Positions 10,392 through 20,415 of a stretch of DNA of 64,000 nucleotides are shown here, piece after piece. This DNA comes from an uncultured Chloroflexia bacterium. Lineage in GTDB: Bacteria > Chloroflexota > UBA6077 > JACCZL01. The notes under the pieces are model-generated. The model saw only the letters and a program-made list of their open reading frames with translations, was not told where the DNA came from and did no database searches. How positions within the stretch are numbered: position 1 is the first letter of the stretch; the number at the start of each line of letters is the position of its first letter. Where the stretch lies: contig CAVXYC010000001.1 in the NCBI GenBank assembly GCA_963765765.1, forward strand, positions 1 through 64,000. Reading direction: 5' to 3'. Position numbers and translations under genes: made by a program.

Positions 10392-11416
10392 TCACTGGAT
10401 CAGCTCAGTCGCCTGGTTCAACACGGATGCGGGTATCGTGAGTCCGAGGGCCTGGGCGGTCTTGAGGTTGATGACCAGGTCGAACTCGGTGGGCTGCTCC
10501 ACCGGCATGTCCGCGGGATTGGCGCCCTTGAGGATCCTGTCGGCATAGCGTGGCGGCACGGCGGAATTGGGCGAGCCGGTTCGGCCCGTAGGAAATCAGC
10601 CCGCCCGCGTCCGGGAAAGATGCGGTCTTGAGCCAGCACGGGCAGCCGGTGCGCTCTCGCGAATTCGACGATCCGCCCCACCTCACCGGCGAAGAGTGGT
10701 GACCCGCTCACCAGGAGTGCTTCGGCATGGTCCTCGACGGCCATCTCCAAGGCGGCTGCGAGATCCGCGGCGGTGGTAATGTCCGGTGCCATGAGCTGCA
10801 CGCCGAGCGACTGGGCGGCCTGCTCCACCTCCTGCAGACCGCCGGTCGACTGGGATGCGCTCGCGTTGGTGAGAAACATGACCCGCGAGACACCCGGTGC
10901 CAGCTCCCGCAGCAGCTGCAGGCGTTTCCCCATGGCCTGCGGCGCCAGGGCGCTCAACCCCGTCACGTTTCCGCCGGGCCGGGCCAGGCTGGCGACAAGC
11001 CCGGTTCGGACCGGATCGGGCGCGGCGGCGAAGACGATCGGGATCGTGCGCGTGGCACCCATTACTGCCTGGGTGTACAACGTTCCTGCGCCGACACAAT
11101 CAGGTCCACCGGCAGAGCCACCAGCTCAGCGGCCATGGCCGGAACCTGCTCGGACGACTCCGCCAGGCGCACCTCGATCGCGATGTTCTGGCCCTCCGAT
11201 GTACCCCAGCTCGCGCAGGCCTGCGCGGAATGCCTCGAGCTCGGCTGTCGGCGCGGCGCTTGGCGCCAGGTACCCGATCCGAGGAACCTTCGTCCCGCCG
11301 GAAGCGGGCTGTCCTGGGAGCGACACAATTCCACAGCCAGAGAGCAAATTAAGGCTCGCGAGGATCAGGCCGCCCCGCAGGAACGCGCGCCGCTGTAGAG
11401 GGTGGAACGAGGTCAC
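10392..11416 (-). CDS. ABC transporter substrate-binding lipoprotein, frameshifted
   Basis: [13 protein letters not shown]; [22 protein letters not shown]; ends ..TELIQ. Confidence 0.9.
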
Positions 11417-12425
11417 TGGATCAGCTCGGTCGCCTCGGCAAGGACCGACTGAGGAATCGTCAGACCCAGCGCCTGTGCGGTCTTGAGATTGATCACCAGG
11501 TCAAATTTCTCCGGCCGCTCCACGGTAGCTCCGCGGGATTGGCGCCCTTCAGAATCTTGTCCACATAGGTGGCGGCGCGCCGCTCCTGGGCGGCACGATT
11601 TGCCCCGTAGGCGATCAGTCCGCCGACTGCCACATATCGCCGATCGGCCCATCATGGGCAACCGGTGCGTGAGCGCCAGCGCGCCGACTCGCGCCACATT
11701 GCTCGCCAGCACGATATTGTCCACCAGGGACAGCGCATCCACGCGCTCATGCACCGCTCGCTCGAACGCGCCCTCGAGGTCGGCGGAATCACGCACCTCC
11801 AGCGGCACCAGCTTCAGCCCCAGGGGGCCGGCCGCGGCCTCCGCATCCGCACCTGGCCGGCCTGGTCAGAGACCAGGCCGTCAGGGTTCCAGATAATGCC
11901 AACGCGTGACACGGACGGGAGAGTCGTTCGCAGGACTTCCAACCGCTTCCCAATCAGCTCGCGGGCGATGTTGGTCTGCCCGGTGACGTTGCCTCCTGGC
12001 CGTGCAAGACTGGCCACAAAACCGTCCTCCACCGGGTCGTTCGTCCGTGCCATCACAATCGGGATGGTGCTGGTGGCACGCATTGCGGCCTGGATATTAG
12101 GGGCCCCGGAGGCCACGAGCACGTCAACGGGCAAGCTCACGAGCTCGGCGGCCGGCGCGAGGGAGCTATCAACCTGCCCACTGGCGGGTCGCCACTCCAC
12201 GGTGACGGTGCTACCCTCAACGTAGCCCAGCTCTGCCAGGCCCTCCCGAAAGGCGTCGGCCCATTCCTGTTCGCCGTTCCACAGGTAGCCGATACGCGGT
12301 GGCCGAACCGCCTGCTGCGAGCGTGGCGATACCAGCCCACAGCCGGCCAGCAGACCGAGGCCGGCCACGGACAGGCCACCCCTGAGGAAGCGGCGACGGG
12401 TGCAGGAATGTCCGAGTGGCGTCAT
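11413..12425 (-). CDS. ABC transporter substrate-binding lipoprotein, frameshifted
   Basis: TRRRFLRGG..LAGC; [20 protein letters not shown]; [16 protein letters not shown]; 5' end nearly identical to the gene at 2033. Confidence 0.9.
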
Positions 12426-12479
12426 GATGGGGCTAGTGTACGCCCGCGGGGTGCTTGGGACAATCCGTAGCGTTGGTGC

Positions 12480-12716
12480 TGGTGGGTCAGAAACCGCCTT
12501 CATAGCGGCCCGAGAAACGGCCTCCGCGGGGCGGGGTGGTGTCCTCGGACCTGTGAGGATGGCGCTGGGGCGACGCGCGATCCTGGAATAGGAACCGTGG
12601 AGGCTCCATGCGCGTCTGGCTGAGAGTGGTACACCTGGCCGTCCACACCGGCCAGGGTGACCGCCTCCCACAAAGAGCGCCACGCTTGGAACGAGCGTGG
12701 CGCTCTTTCGACGCCG
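12480..12716. repeat. second full copy of the conserved intergenic element
   Basis: Reverse-complement homolog of 1690-1900; hairpins CCTGGCC..GGCCAGG and AAAGAGCGCCACGCT..AGCGTGGCGCTCTTT. Confidence 0.85.
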
Positions 12717-12809
12717 ACCGCTGAGCTTTCCCCATCGTCAATGAATCTCGGCGATCGCACACTGACCTCAAGCATCAGCTCGGCACGGTAGTCGGTACAA
12801 TTTGGCTGT

Positions 12810-13500
12810 ATGTGTGGACGCTACACGCTGGGTGATCCCAGCCCCTTGAAGCGGCGGTTCGGCCTCGAAGAGTTTGCCGAGACGACCATGACGCCGCGGT
12901 TCAACGTGGCGCCCTCGCAGGACATCCCCATCGTGGTGCAGCAGCTCGGACGACACGCGCGAGCTGCGGATGGCCAAGTGGGGCTTTGTGCCCTTCTTCA
13001 TGGACGGAAAACCGGGCAAGCGCCCGCCCCCGATCAACGCTCGAGCCGAGACGCTGGCCACCAGCGGCATGTTCCGCTCGAGCGTGGGCAAGTACCGCTG
13101 CATCATCCCTGCGGATGGCTTCTACGAGTGGAAGATGATCGACCCCGACAAGAAGACCAAACAGCCCATGTACGTCCAGCTCCAGGACACGAGCCTGTTT
13201 GGCTTCGCGGGGATCTACACATTGCCGACGAAGACGCACCCGGGCGGGAACGGCCGCGATTATCACCACCACGCCCAACGAGCTCATGAAGCCCATCCAC
13301 AACCGCATGCCGGCGATCCTGCTGCCCGCGTTGGAAGACGTCTGGCTGGATCCGAAGATGACCGACACGGCCGAAGCGCTGACCATGCTGATGCCCTACC
13401 CGGCCGAGTCCATGCAGGCGATCCCCGTCTCGAAGAAGGTGAACAGCGGCGAGCGGTCAGGGGCCGGAGCTGATTCTGCCGATCACCTCAGCGTGATCCG
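12810..13500 (+). CDS. SOS response-associated peptidase (SRAP/YedK/HMCES abasic-site protection), frameshifted; end approximate
   Basis: N-terminal MCGRY, PRFNVAPSQ, INARAET, RCIIPADGFYEW, IHNRMPAIL. Confidence 0.92.
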
Positions 13501-13893
13501 CTCGGAGACGCACGCCAGCGGGCTCACGGCCAGCCGAGGAGCGTGCGGGGTAGGTTCTGGGACCGCTGGCGGCGGTTTTGAGCGAGTGACGGATCTCGGA
13601 CCCGATGAGGTGTTCCAGGAGCTTGCCAAGGCCGTCTGAGCGCGTGGACCCTTGCGCACGCTGCTGTCGGGTACCTACCAGACATACGGCCGTAATACGG
13701 TTTCCGGTTTCACATTTGACATCATCATCGACCCGTTCGGAGTCGGCGGATCGACTATCGACGAGCCAGAATTGCTCCTCGACGCGAGCGACCTGCTGTG
13801 CTCGCGTCGAGGAGCAATAGTTTCAATCGAAATACTGCCCTCCGCCAGCGTGATCGCGGCACAGAGATTCCTGCGCATGGACTGAGCCATGGC

Positions 13894-14250
13894 CTACCGC
13901 GTATGAGGCACCTGCGATCTAGCGTGCACCGCCGCGTCGGGCACCCGTCCGGATGCGTTCGTCCACGGTTGACGCGAGCGGTTACGGGCCTCGACATGGT
14001 CGCGAACGCGTCGCAAATCGTGCAGCAGCAAGCTCATTCGGGCTCGGGTCTCCGGGGCATGTTGCGTCTTGGGTGCGAGCTCGCCGTAGTGATCGAGCGC
14101 TTCGAACATGCTGCGCGCCGCCGCTTCCCCGTCCGGTAACTCGAACCCGCCTCCGACGTCCACCGCGCCGATGCCGATCAGGTCCCCGTGGTCCAATTGC
14201 GCGCGCAGCTCAGGGAGCCAGGACGCGGGACGTTCGGTGTCCGATCTCAT
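13894..14250 (-). CDS. hypothetical protein
   Basis: GGGGAA RBS-like sequence before ATG; globular composition (WLPELRAQLDHGDLIGIG). Confidence 0.45.
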   Translation of the reverse strand: MRSDTERPASWLPELRAQLDHGDLIGIGAVDVGGGFELPDGEAAARSMFEALDHYGELAPKTQHAPETRARMSLLLHDLRRVRDHVEARNRSRQPWTNASGRVPDAAVHARSQVPHTR

Positions 14251-14500
14251 CAGATTCCCCCGACCTCGTGGTTCTAGCCGGAGGCCGCACAATCCACGCC
14301 AACTCTCGGATTGGACGGGCCCGAACCTTGGCAGAGTGCCGTTACCCGGGAAGATTGGCGTCATTCACTTGGGGTGCGCGCTTTGTGCGCATTGATACGG
14401 GCTCAGTTCGGATGTCCGCGCAGGCGATGCGGAATGAATCCTGCGGGCCTTTCGAGCAGGACGAGCGGCCATCCGAGCTCCATGTGGGAGGACATCAGCC

Positions 14501-15196
14501 ATGAACGCTCACCGACTCGCCGCCACCGCCACCCTGGTGGCCACGATCAGCGCCGCCGGGCTCGCCGACGCGTCGCATGCGTCGCAGGAATCGGAGAATC
14601 TCACCCCCGAAGCAGCCGAGCGTCAGTTCACGGCCTGCGGGTACGAGGTCATCCCATCGGGTCGGGTGAGCGATCACCCCGCGACGTTGCTCCCGCGCTT
14701 TACCCCGATCGAGCACCCCGACACGGCGGCGCTCTTCGTGGTGCGCGACGCGGGCGAAACCACGCGCGAAGACGGTCGATCGCTGACGGCCGTCGTGTTC
14801 CCGACGCTCGCGGAGGCCGAGCATGTGTTCCAGGATGGGGCCAGGCTGATGCGGGTCGCCGATCAGGTGCAACGACTGGAATCCGGGCACGGCGTCGACA
14901 CCGGGCCGCCACCGCTCCCGGTGGACACGGATCTGGGCCCGCCGCTGTTCCTGGGGCACGGCCTGACCGTCTGGCGGAGGAACGTGGCCCTCACCCAACT
15001 CATCACGCCGCCGGTCACGGCGGTGCGCGCGACGGCCGACGAGCTCGAGCGGCGCGGGCTGGACGCGGCCTCGGCAAGCCGATCGGAATTCACCGGGGCG
15101 GCACAGCGAGCGTTGGCGGCGACCAAGCCGCGCTCCGCCGAATCGACGCGCAGTCCGGTCGACCGTGATTTCGTTCGCTGCCTGGGCGGTCAGTAA
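14501..15196 (+). CDS. secreted hypothetical protein
   Basis: GGAGGA RBS, signal peptide MNAHRLAATATLVATISAAGLADA, two Cys. Confidence 0.65.
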   Translation: MNAHRLAATATLVATISAAGLADASHASQESENLTPEAAERQFTACGYEVIPSGRVSDHPATLLPRFTPIEHPDTAALFVVRDAGETTREDGRSLTAVVFPTLAEAEHVFQDGARLMRVADQVQRLESGHGVDTGPPPLPVDTDLGPPLFLGHGLTVWRRNVALTQLITPPVTAVRATADELERRGLDAASASRSEFTGAAQRALAATKPRSAESTRSPVDRDFVRCLGGQ

Positions 15197-15430
15197 CCAG
15201 GGGATTGGGCAGCCGGGCAGTACTGGCTCCTGGCACCCTGAAAGGAGTGCCAGGGGAGCTTTCAGGACGAGCGGCGGCGCTTTGGAGCAGCTCGTCATGA
15301 GCTTCGAAAGCGCGATGACGGACCACACGCCCGTTTCAGCCACCGCGAAATAGAGATGTGATCGGTATAACCGTCAAGTTGGTGGTATTCCGACGTGGCG
15401 TCCAAGGATCCCAATGGGTGCACGGGCCAT

Positions 15431-15900
15431 TCAGTCCGGCGCCGCGAGGAACTCGATCGGTACCCATCCTTCCAGCCCGTTCTCACCGCGCACATGCGCC
15501 CACTCGCCGTCAGGCCGCTCGATCACGGTCACCCGGGCCCCCTCGAGCAGGCCGCGCGGCACCCGGGCGTCCTCGCGCGGCGCGGTGCGGAGCACCACGC
15601 CCTGCCCGTCCGTGTGCGCCACCCGGGCAGCCTCACCGGGGCCCGGCGCCGGCCGAGAGTCCGCCTCCGGCGCCGCGGCGGTCGGCGCGTCAGGCACGTT
15701 GGTGCCGCGGTCGCTCGCGACGGGCCCGCGCGCGGTCGCGACCCTCGCTCCGGCCGACGCACGGACCCAGGAGAGGTCGAGGGACAGAGCAACGAACCAG
15801 CCGACCGCGACCGGTAGGGCCACCAGCAGCACGAACACCCAGGCCGGGACCGCCCCGCTCTGGGTCCCGAGCGAGGCTGGTCGCTCGACGGGTACGCCCG
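15431..15900 (-). CDS. membrane-anchored bacterial SH3 domain protein (start uncertain)
   Basis: TM segment then VAHTDGQGVVLRTAP..LLEGARVTVI..EWAHVRGENGLEGWVPIEFL. Confidence 0.75.
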
Positions 15901-16098
15901 GTAGCGTCCGCCTCGAGTCATCCACGAGTCCTCCGCGGCGCCACGGCGGCTCCTGCGAACGCCGTCGTGGCACATTTGCACTACCAAGTCCATCGCGGCG
16001 TACACGCCGCACCCTGCGGGCGCTGGAGAGCGTACCAGTTCCGACTGCGGCTCGGGATCGAGCGACAGCGTGCGACTCCGGCCCGGACGCAGCTCCAG

Positions 16099-16166
16099 CG
16101 TGACGGCGAATGGAGATGTCCTGGTGATGCGGCGCTGGTGCTGGCGTAATAGTCATCGGGATGATG
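16099..16166 (+). repeat. family B dif-like site with upstream box
   Basis: CGTGACGGCGAATGG...TGCTGGCGTAA-TAGTCA-TCGGGATGATG (core 16139-16166). Confidence 0.65.
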
Positions 16167-16284
16167 GATGAGGCGCGGCCGCGCGATTCCTCCCACCGTG
16201 GACCCAAAACAACAAGCTCCTTCGCGACTTTGGGGTCAGTGGGTCAGCGGTGAGACCACCCATTCGGAGCTGCCCGGCCGGATA

Positions 16285-16524
16285 CTATTCCTCATTGATG
16301 ATCTGCAACGGTGTGACACGGATGACACCATCGCGGCTCGGTAAATTCTCGACGATCGCCTCATGCAGGAACCTCAGGTTGTCGCAGTGGAGGTGGGCCA
16401 CCACTTCCGCGCCCATGAAGTTGTGGCCGAGCGCTAGGCAATTCGTCAGATTGCTGCCGATGCCGGCCAGCACGTCGCCGGTCTTATCCACTGTGGTCTC
16501 TATGAGGACGTATGCGCGCACCAT
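16285..16524 (-). CDS. stand-alone Lrp/AsnC ligand-binding domain protein
   Basis: MVRAYVLIET..GVIRVT pattern; GAGGAGG RBS. Confidence 0.75.
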   Translation of the reverse strand: MVRAYVLIETTVDKTGDVLAGIGSNLTNCLALGHNFMGAEVVAHLHCDNLRFLHEAIVENLPSRDGVIRVTPLQIINEE

Positions 16525-16599
16525 TGTTTGCCTCCTCCTCACCGCGAGCGACGGACGGGCTGACACGAGCGCGCCATTGGCCCGCCGTGCGTCGTCTCG

Positions 16600-16830
16600 T
16601 TACTTAACCGGATTCTACGTGCAAATTCCTCCATCGTCTGGCACACCGTTGAGCGTCGTCCGTCGGAAGAGGCCGTCGGAGAACTGCGATTGGCCGCGGC
16701 ACCCATCATGGACAGGCTCCGAGCGGAGTATCGGGCTGCGGGACACACGGACGAAGATGGCCCCGCGATGTTCCGCTGGCTTCGTGCCAAGGTGGCGAAC
16801 CGCGGCTCGGTTGCGGATCGGCCCAGACTC
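16600..16830 (+). pseudogene. degenerate paralog of the 1189-1488 hypothetical gene
   Basis: HTVERRPSEEAVGELRLAAAPIMDRLRAEYRAAGHTDEDGPAMFRWLRAK; no start codon upstream of the conserved region after the stop at 16561. Confidence 0.55.
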
Positions 16831-17072
16831 TCGAAGACTCCTCTGACAGGTCGAGCGTCTCCCGACAGCCGCGTCGTCCATGAAACGGGAGTTCTCCGCC
16901 GGGCCCGCCCACGGGAAAGAGACAGGATCGTCCTGTGCCAGCATGGGCGGGACGATGAGCGTGGACCTGAAGGTTCGGCGGCACCGCACAGCGGAATCGC
17001 GCAACAGCCGTCGCTTGTCCAGTCGTCCATGGTGGTTCACGTGTGAGTCAGCCTCAATTCGTGTCGCCGGCT

Positions 17073-17100
17073 CGTTCTGATAATGGAGGTTATCGGACCC
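17073..17100. repeat. family A 11-6-11 palindromic site
   Basis: CGTTCTGATAA-TGGAGG-TTATCGGACCC. Confidence 0.65.
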
Positions 17101-17170
17101 TCGACCACGGTCCCGACTGGGCCGGGTGTCCTACAATCTCCCCTCATGCTTACCATGTTTCGGGGGCAGT

Positions 17171-17700
17171 ATGCGCACGGAACTCGGCTATCGCGCGCAG
17201 ATGGGAGTGATGACTCCCGCCACCAACACGACGGTCGAGCCCGAGCTCTACCGGATGGGCCCGGCCGGCGTGACGTTCCATTTCGCCCGGATTTCCGTTG
17301 CGGGCGGACCGCGGGAGGACAGCCAGGGACCCATTCCGGCGATGCTCGAGACGCCCCTGCGGGACCTCGCTGCTATGGAGCCGGACCACATTCTGCTCGG
17401 CATGTCGGCGCCTTCCTTCGCGGGAGGCGTCGAGGGGGACCGGCGCCTGCGCGCGGCCATCGAACAGAGGATGGGGACGCCGGTCACGACCTCCGGTGAG
17501 GCCGCCCTGGCTGCGCTCCAGGCCTGTAAAGTCCGGCGCATCGGAGTGCTGTCGCCCTATGCCGCGAGCATGGACGAGCAGACCACCGACTTCTTCAGCG
17601 GGCGCGGGGTACGAGGTGGTGCGGTACCGGAGGCTGGAACGCGGCAGCCCGGCCTCCATCGCGGCCAGGTGCAAGGTGGCATCCCGGATCAGCCGATCGG
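17171..17700 (+). pseudogene. maleate cis-trans isomerase/Asp-Glu racemase family protein, 3'-truncated
   Basis: GVMTPATNTTVEPE, GVTFHFARI, PVTTSGEAALAALQACKVRRIGVLSPY; C-terminal catalytic region not seen. Confidence 0.75.
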
Positions 17701-17770
17701 AATCGATATGCTCGGGTGGCGGCCTTACAGCTTCGGTGGCCGCGGCGGCAGCACCGGGAGGCCTCCCCAC

Positions 17771-18628
17771 ATGAGTACCTCGAGCGTACCGCGTCGAAAC
17801 GTGCTGAAACTCGGCGCGGTCGTCATCGCCAACAGTCTCTTCGCCACGATGTCACAGGTCAGTAATCACGACCTGACGCCGGCCCCGGCCCTGGCCGGGC
17901 CCCCGGACCAGGTACCGACGCCAGCGCTAGCCCTCACCCAGGGAGTCTGGCTGTGGCAGCACACCGCCTACGCAAATGACCAGACCGTCGTGTGCGCGGA
18001 CCCTCGCAAGTACACCCTCGCCTTCCTCGACAGCGGCCTCTACGGCGTCCAAGCAGACTGCAATCACGGCAGTGGGAGCTACGCCGTGGCCGGGACGCAG
18101 CTCACTTTCCAGCCAGGGCCGATGACTCGGGCGGCCTGTCCGCCGGGCTCGCAGGACACGGTGTTTCTGCAGGATTTGGGGCAGGTCGCCATGTACGTCT
18201 TCGACGGCGAAAACCTGGTGCTCAACCTGTGGCTGGACAGCGGCAACATGGTCTTCAGTCCGCAGCCGGCGGTTTCGCTGACCGGCTCTGCCTGGCAGGT
18301 ACTGGGCGTCAACAACGGCCATGGCGCGGTAGTCTCGGTGCTATCGGAGACGCAACTCGACGCGACGTTCGGCGAGAACGGTATTGTCAGCGGCACCACT
18401 GGCTGCAATACGTACCGCGGGCTGTATACGGTTGCCGGCCCGACGATTGCGCTCGGCCCGCTGATCAGCTCCCATCAAGCCTGCCCCTCGGAGGCGGCCG
18501 CGGTGCAAGAGCAAGCCTTCCTCGCGGCGCTCGGCGCATCCACCAGATATGAGCTGCGGGACGACCGCCTGACGCTTCGCAGCGACGCGGGGGCCACCCA
18601 AGTCGACCTGGTTCGGCCGATGGGCTAG
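17771..18628 (+). CDS. Tat-exported double META (HslJ-like) domain protein
   Basis: PRRNVLK signal; ADCNHGSGSY..MTRAACPPGS and GTTGCNTYRGLY..ACP..QEQAFLAAL. Confidence 0.85.
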   Translation: MSTSSVPRRNVLKLGAVVIANSLFATMSQVSNHDLTPAPALAGPPDQVPTPALALTQGVWLWQHTAYANDQTVVCADPRKYTLAFLDSGLYGVQADCNHGSGSYAVAGTQLTFQPGPMTRAACPPGSQDTVFLQDLGQVAMYVFDGENLVLNLWLDSGNMVFSPQPAVSLTGSAWQVLGVNNGHGAVVSVLSETQLDATFGENGIVSGTTGCNTYRGLYTVAGPTIALGPLISSHQACPSEAAAVQEQAFLAALGASTRYELRDDRLTLRSDAGATQVDLVRPMG

Positions 18629-18699
18629 CATCGTGGCCCATTGCGCCGACCAGCAGCCACAGCCGCAACTACCCCCGCCTATCACGACGTGGCCCGACC

Positions 18700-19739
18700 G
18701 TCTGGGCGCCGAGGCGCGCTCAGCTCCTCATAGAGAGTCTGGCGGAAGAACGCATGGGCAAAACGGTAGTGAATCGCGCCGGGCCGCGCCTCCTCCTGCA
18801 GGACCGCCATCCGCGTGGACTCGCCAAGTGCCGATTCGAGCTCATCCTGCGGGACCTGTGCTATCTGTTGGAGGACGTCCAGACGGAACTCACGCCCGAT
18901 CACTGCGGCGATGGCAAGGACTCGATTGGTCGCTTCGGAGAGGCGGCTCAGCCGTTTGCCGATGACGTCGCACAATCCTTCCGGGATGCCGGACTCCGGA
19001 TTGCCATCGTCGGTCCGAACCCATTGAGCCCCCTTCGCGTACCACAAACCCTCTTCGACCAGGTAGCGCAAGACCTCTTGCACGAACAGCGGATTTCCCT
19101 CTGTCTGGCGATGGATCGCCTCCGCCCGGCTCCAGGCGATCTCCTGGCCGCGAACCTGCTGCATCATGCGGTGCACCTCGTCCACCGAGAGACCACGCAG
19201 CCCGATGCGCAGGAAGGCTGACGAGCGGCGCAGATCGGCCAACGCCCCTGAGAGCGGGTGACCGCGATCCACTTCCACATCGCGATAGGTCCCGATGATC
19301 AGTAGGCGCGTACCGGTCAGATTGCGGGCCACGTGGTGGAGCAGATCAAGCGTGCCCCAATCCGCCCAATGGAGATCTTCCAGGACCACGACCAGAGGCT
19401 GGCGGCCCGAGGCATTCCGCATGAAACCGCTGATCGCTTCAAGCAGGCGCCAACGGTCTTCTTCGCGGACCACTGGCCGGTGGGCGCGGCTCGATGGCCA
19501 CGCGCTCGCGGACCTCGGAGATGATACGGGCCACAGCTTCGGCGCCTGAGCCAAGCGCCTCCTTGAGCGCGTCGGGCTCGCGGGTGAGAACGTAGCTCCG
19601 GAGGGCTTCGACAAACGGGAGGTACGGCAAGGAGAGGGAGCCCTCCTCGTAGGAGTGGCCTACCAGGGTGGCCCCTCCACGGACGGTTGCATAGCTGGCC
19701 AATTGCTCCCACAGCCTCGTTTTGCCGATGCCCGGCCCC
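18700..19739 (-). pseudogene. internal fragment of a STAND/AAA_16 ATPase regulator
   Basis: GPGIGKTRL P-loop at the 5' edge, LEDLHWAD, TEGNPLFVQE, YRFAHAFFRQTLY; both ends missing. Confidence 0.85.
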
Positions 19740-19815
19740 TATCTGGAACCTGCGTCATCCAATCTCGAGAGACGGTCCTCGGCGGGTGGTTCCGAGCACG
19801 GGGATTCTCGGAACC
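19740..19815 (-). repeat. family A site at the ATPase truncation point
   Basis: Minus strand reads GGTTCCGAGAA-TCCCCG-TGCTCGGAACC, 37 bp, GGTTCCAGATA; same layout as 3095-3172. Confidence 0.6.
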
Positions 19816-19936
19816 TAGGATAAGATACGCTCCGTTGCAGTCTCTGCCCAGAAGTATGGCCGATTGCCATTCATGGTTGGCACAGAGCTTGCGTGAGTTC
19901 GCCCGGCACCGCTCAGATGCACATCATGGAGGACGA

Positions 19937-20113
19937 ATGGCAACGTTTGAGTCACTGGGGCAGGACAATCCGAACATTCGGCAGCAATACGACGAGTGGA
20001 GCACCGCGCGCTCCCAGAATGGCGAGGACCCGACGGACTGGGAGGCCTTCCGTACGCACGTGCTGGCCCTGGGCGCCCCGGACCCGGGGAGCGAGTCACC
20101 GGACGACCTCTGA
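19937..20113 (+). CDS. small acidic hypothetical protein
   Basis: GGAGG RBS; MATFESLGQDNPNIRQQYDEW..DPTDWEAFRTHVLALGAPDPG. Confidence 0.7.
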   Translation: MATFESLGQDNPNIRQQYDEWSTARSQNGEDPTDWEAFRTHVLALGAPDPGSESPDDL

Positions 20114-20224
20114 AAGACGGAGGCCGGACGGAGCCGGCGGCCACGCACCGGTCGGGTGGCTCGGCTCCATTGAGACGCACACTGAACAGCATCGACCACG
20201 ACCACGAGGAGGAAGGCAACACCA

Positions 20225-20404
20225 GTGGCCGACATCGCGAAATACGTGAACAAGTCGCACGAGCAGAAGGACTTCGCCGAGCTGGCCGAGCTGCCCACCG
20301 ACGCGCTGCAGGGCGTGAGCAAAGGCGACGCCGAGGCCATTCAGAAGGCCTTCGGCGTCAAGCCGATCCGGCAGCTGGCCGAGCACAAATTCGTTCGGGC
20401 CTGA
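20225..20404 (+). CDS. small hypothetical protein (59 aa, below the ORF-track cutoff)
   Basis: GAGGAGGA RBS; MADIAKYVNKSHEQKDFAELAELPTDALQGVSKGDAEAIQKAFGVKPIRQLAEHKFVRA. Confidence 0.7.
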   Translation: MADIAKYVNKSHEQKDFAELAELPTDALQGVSKGDAEAIQKAFGVKPIRQLAEHKFVRA

Positions 20405-20415
20405 GCCGGGGCGAC

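Noticed and set aside
17126-18628. Isomerase-META fusion (500 aa)
   Set aside because: The META part has its own GGAGG RBS and Tat signal at 17771, and the isomerase is frameshifted and truncated.
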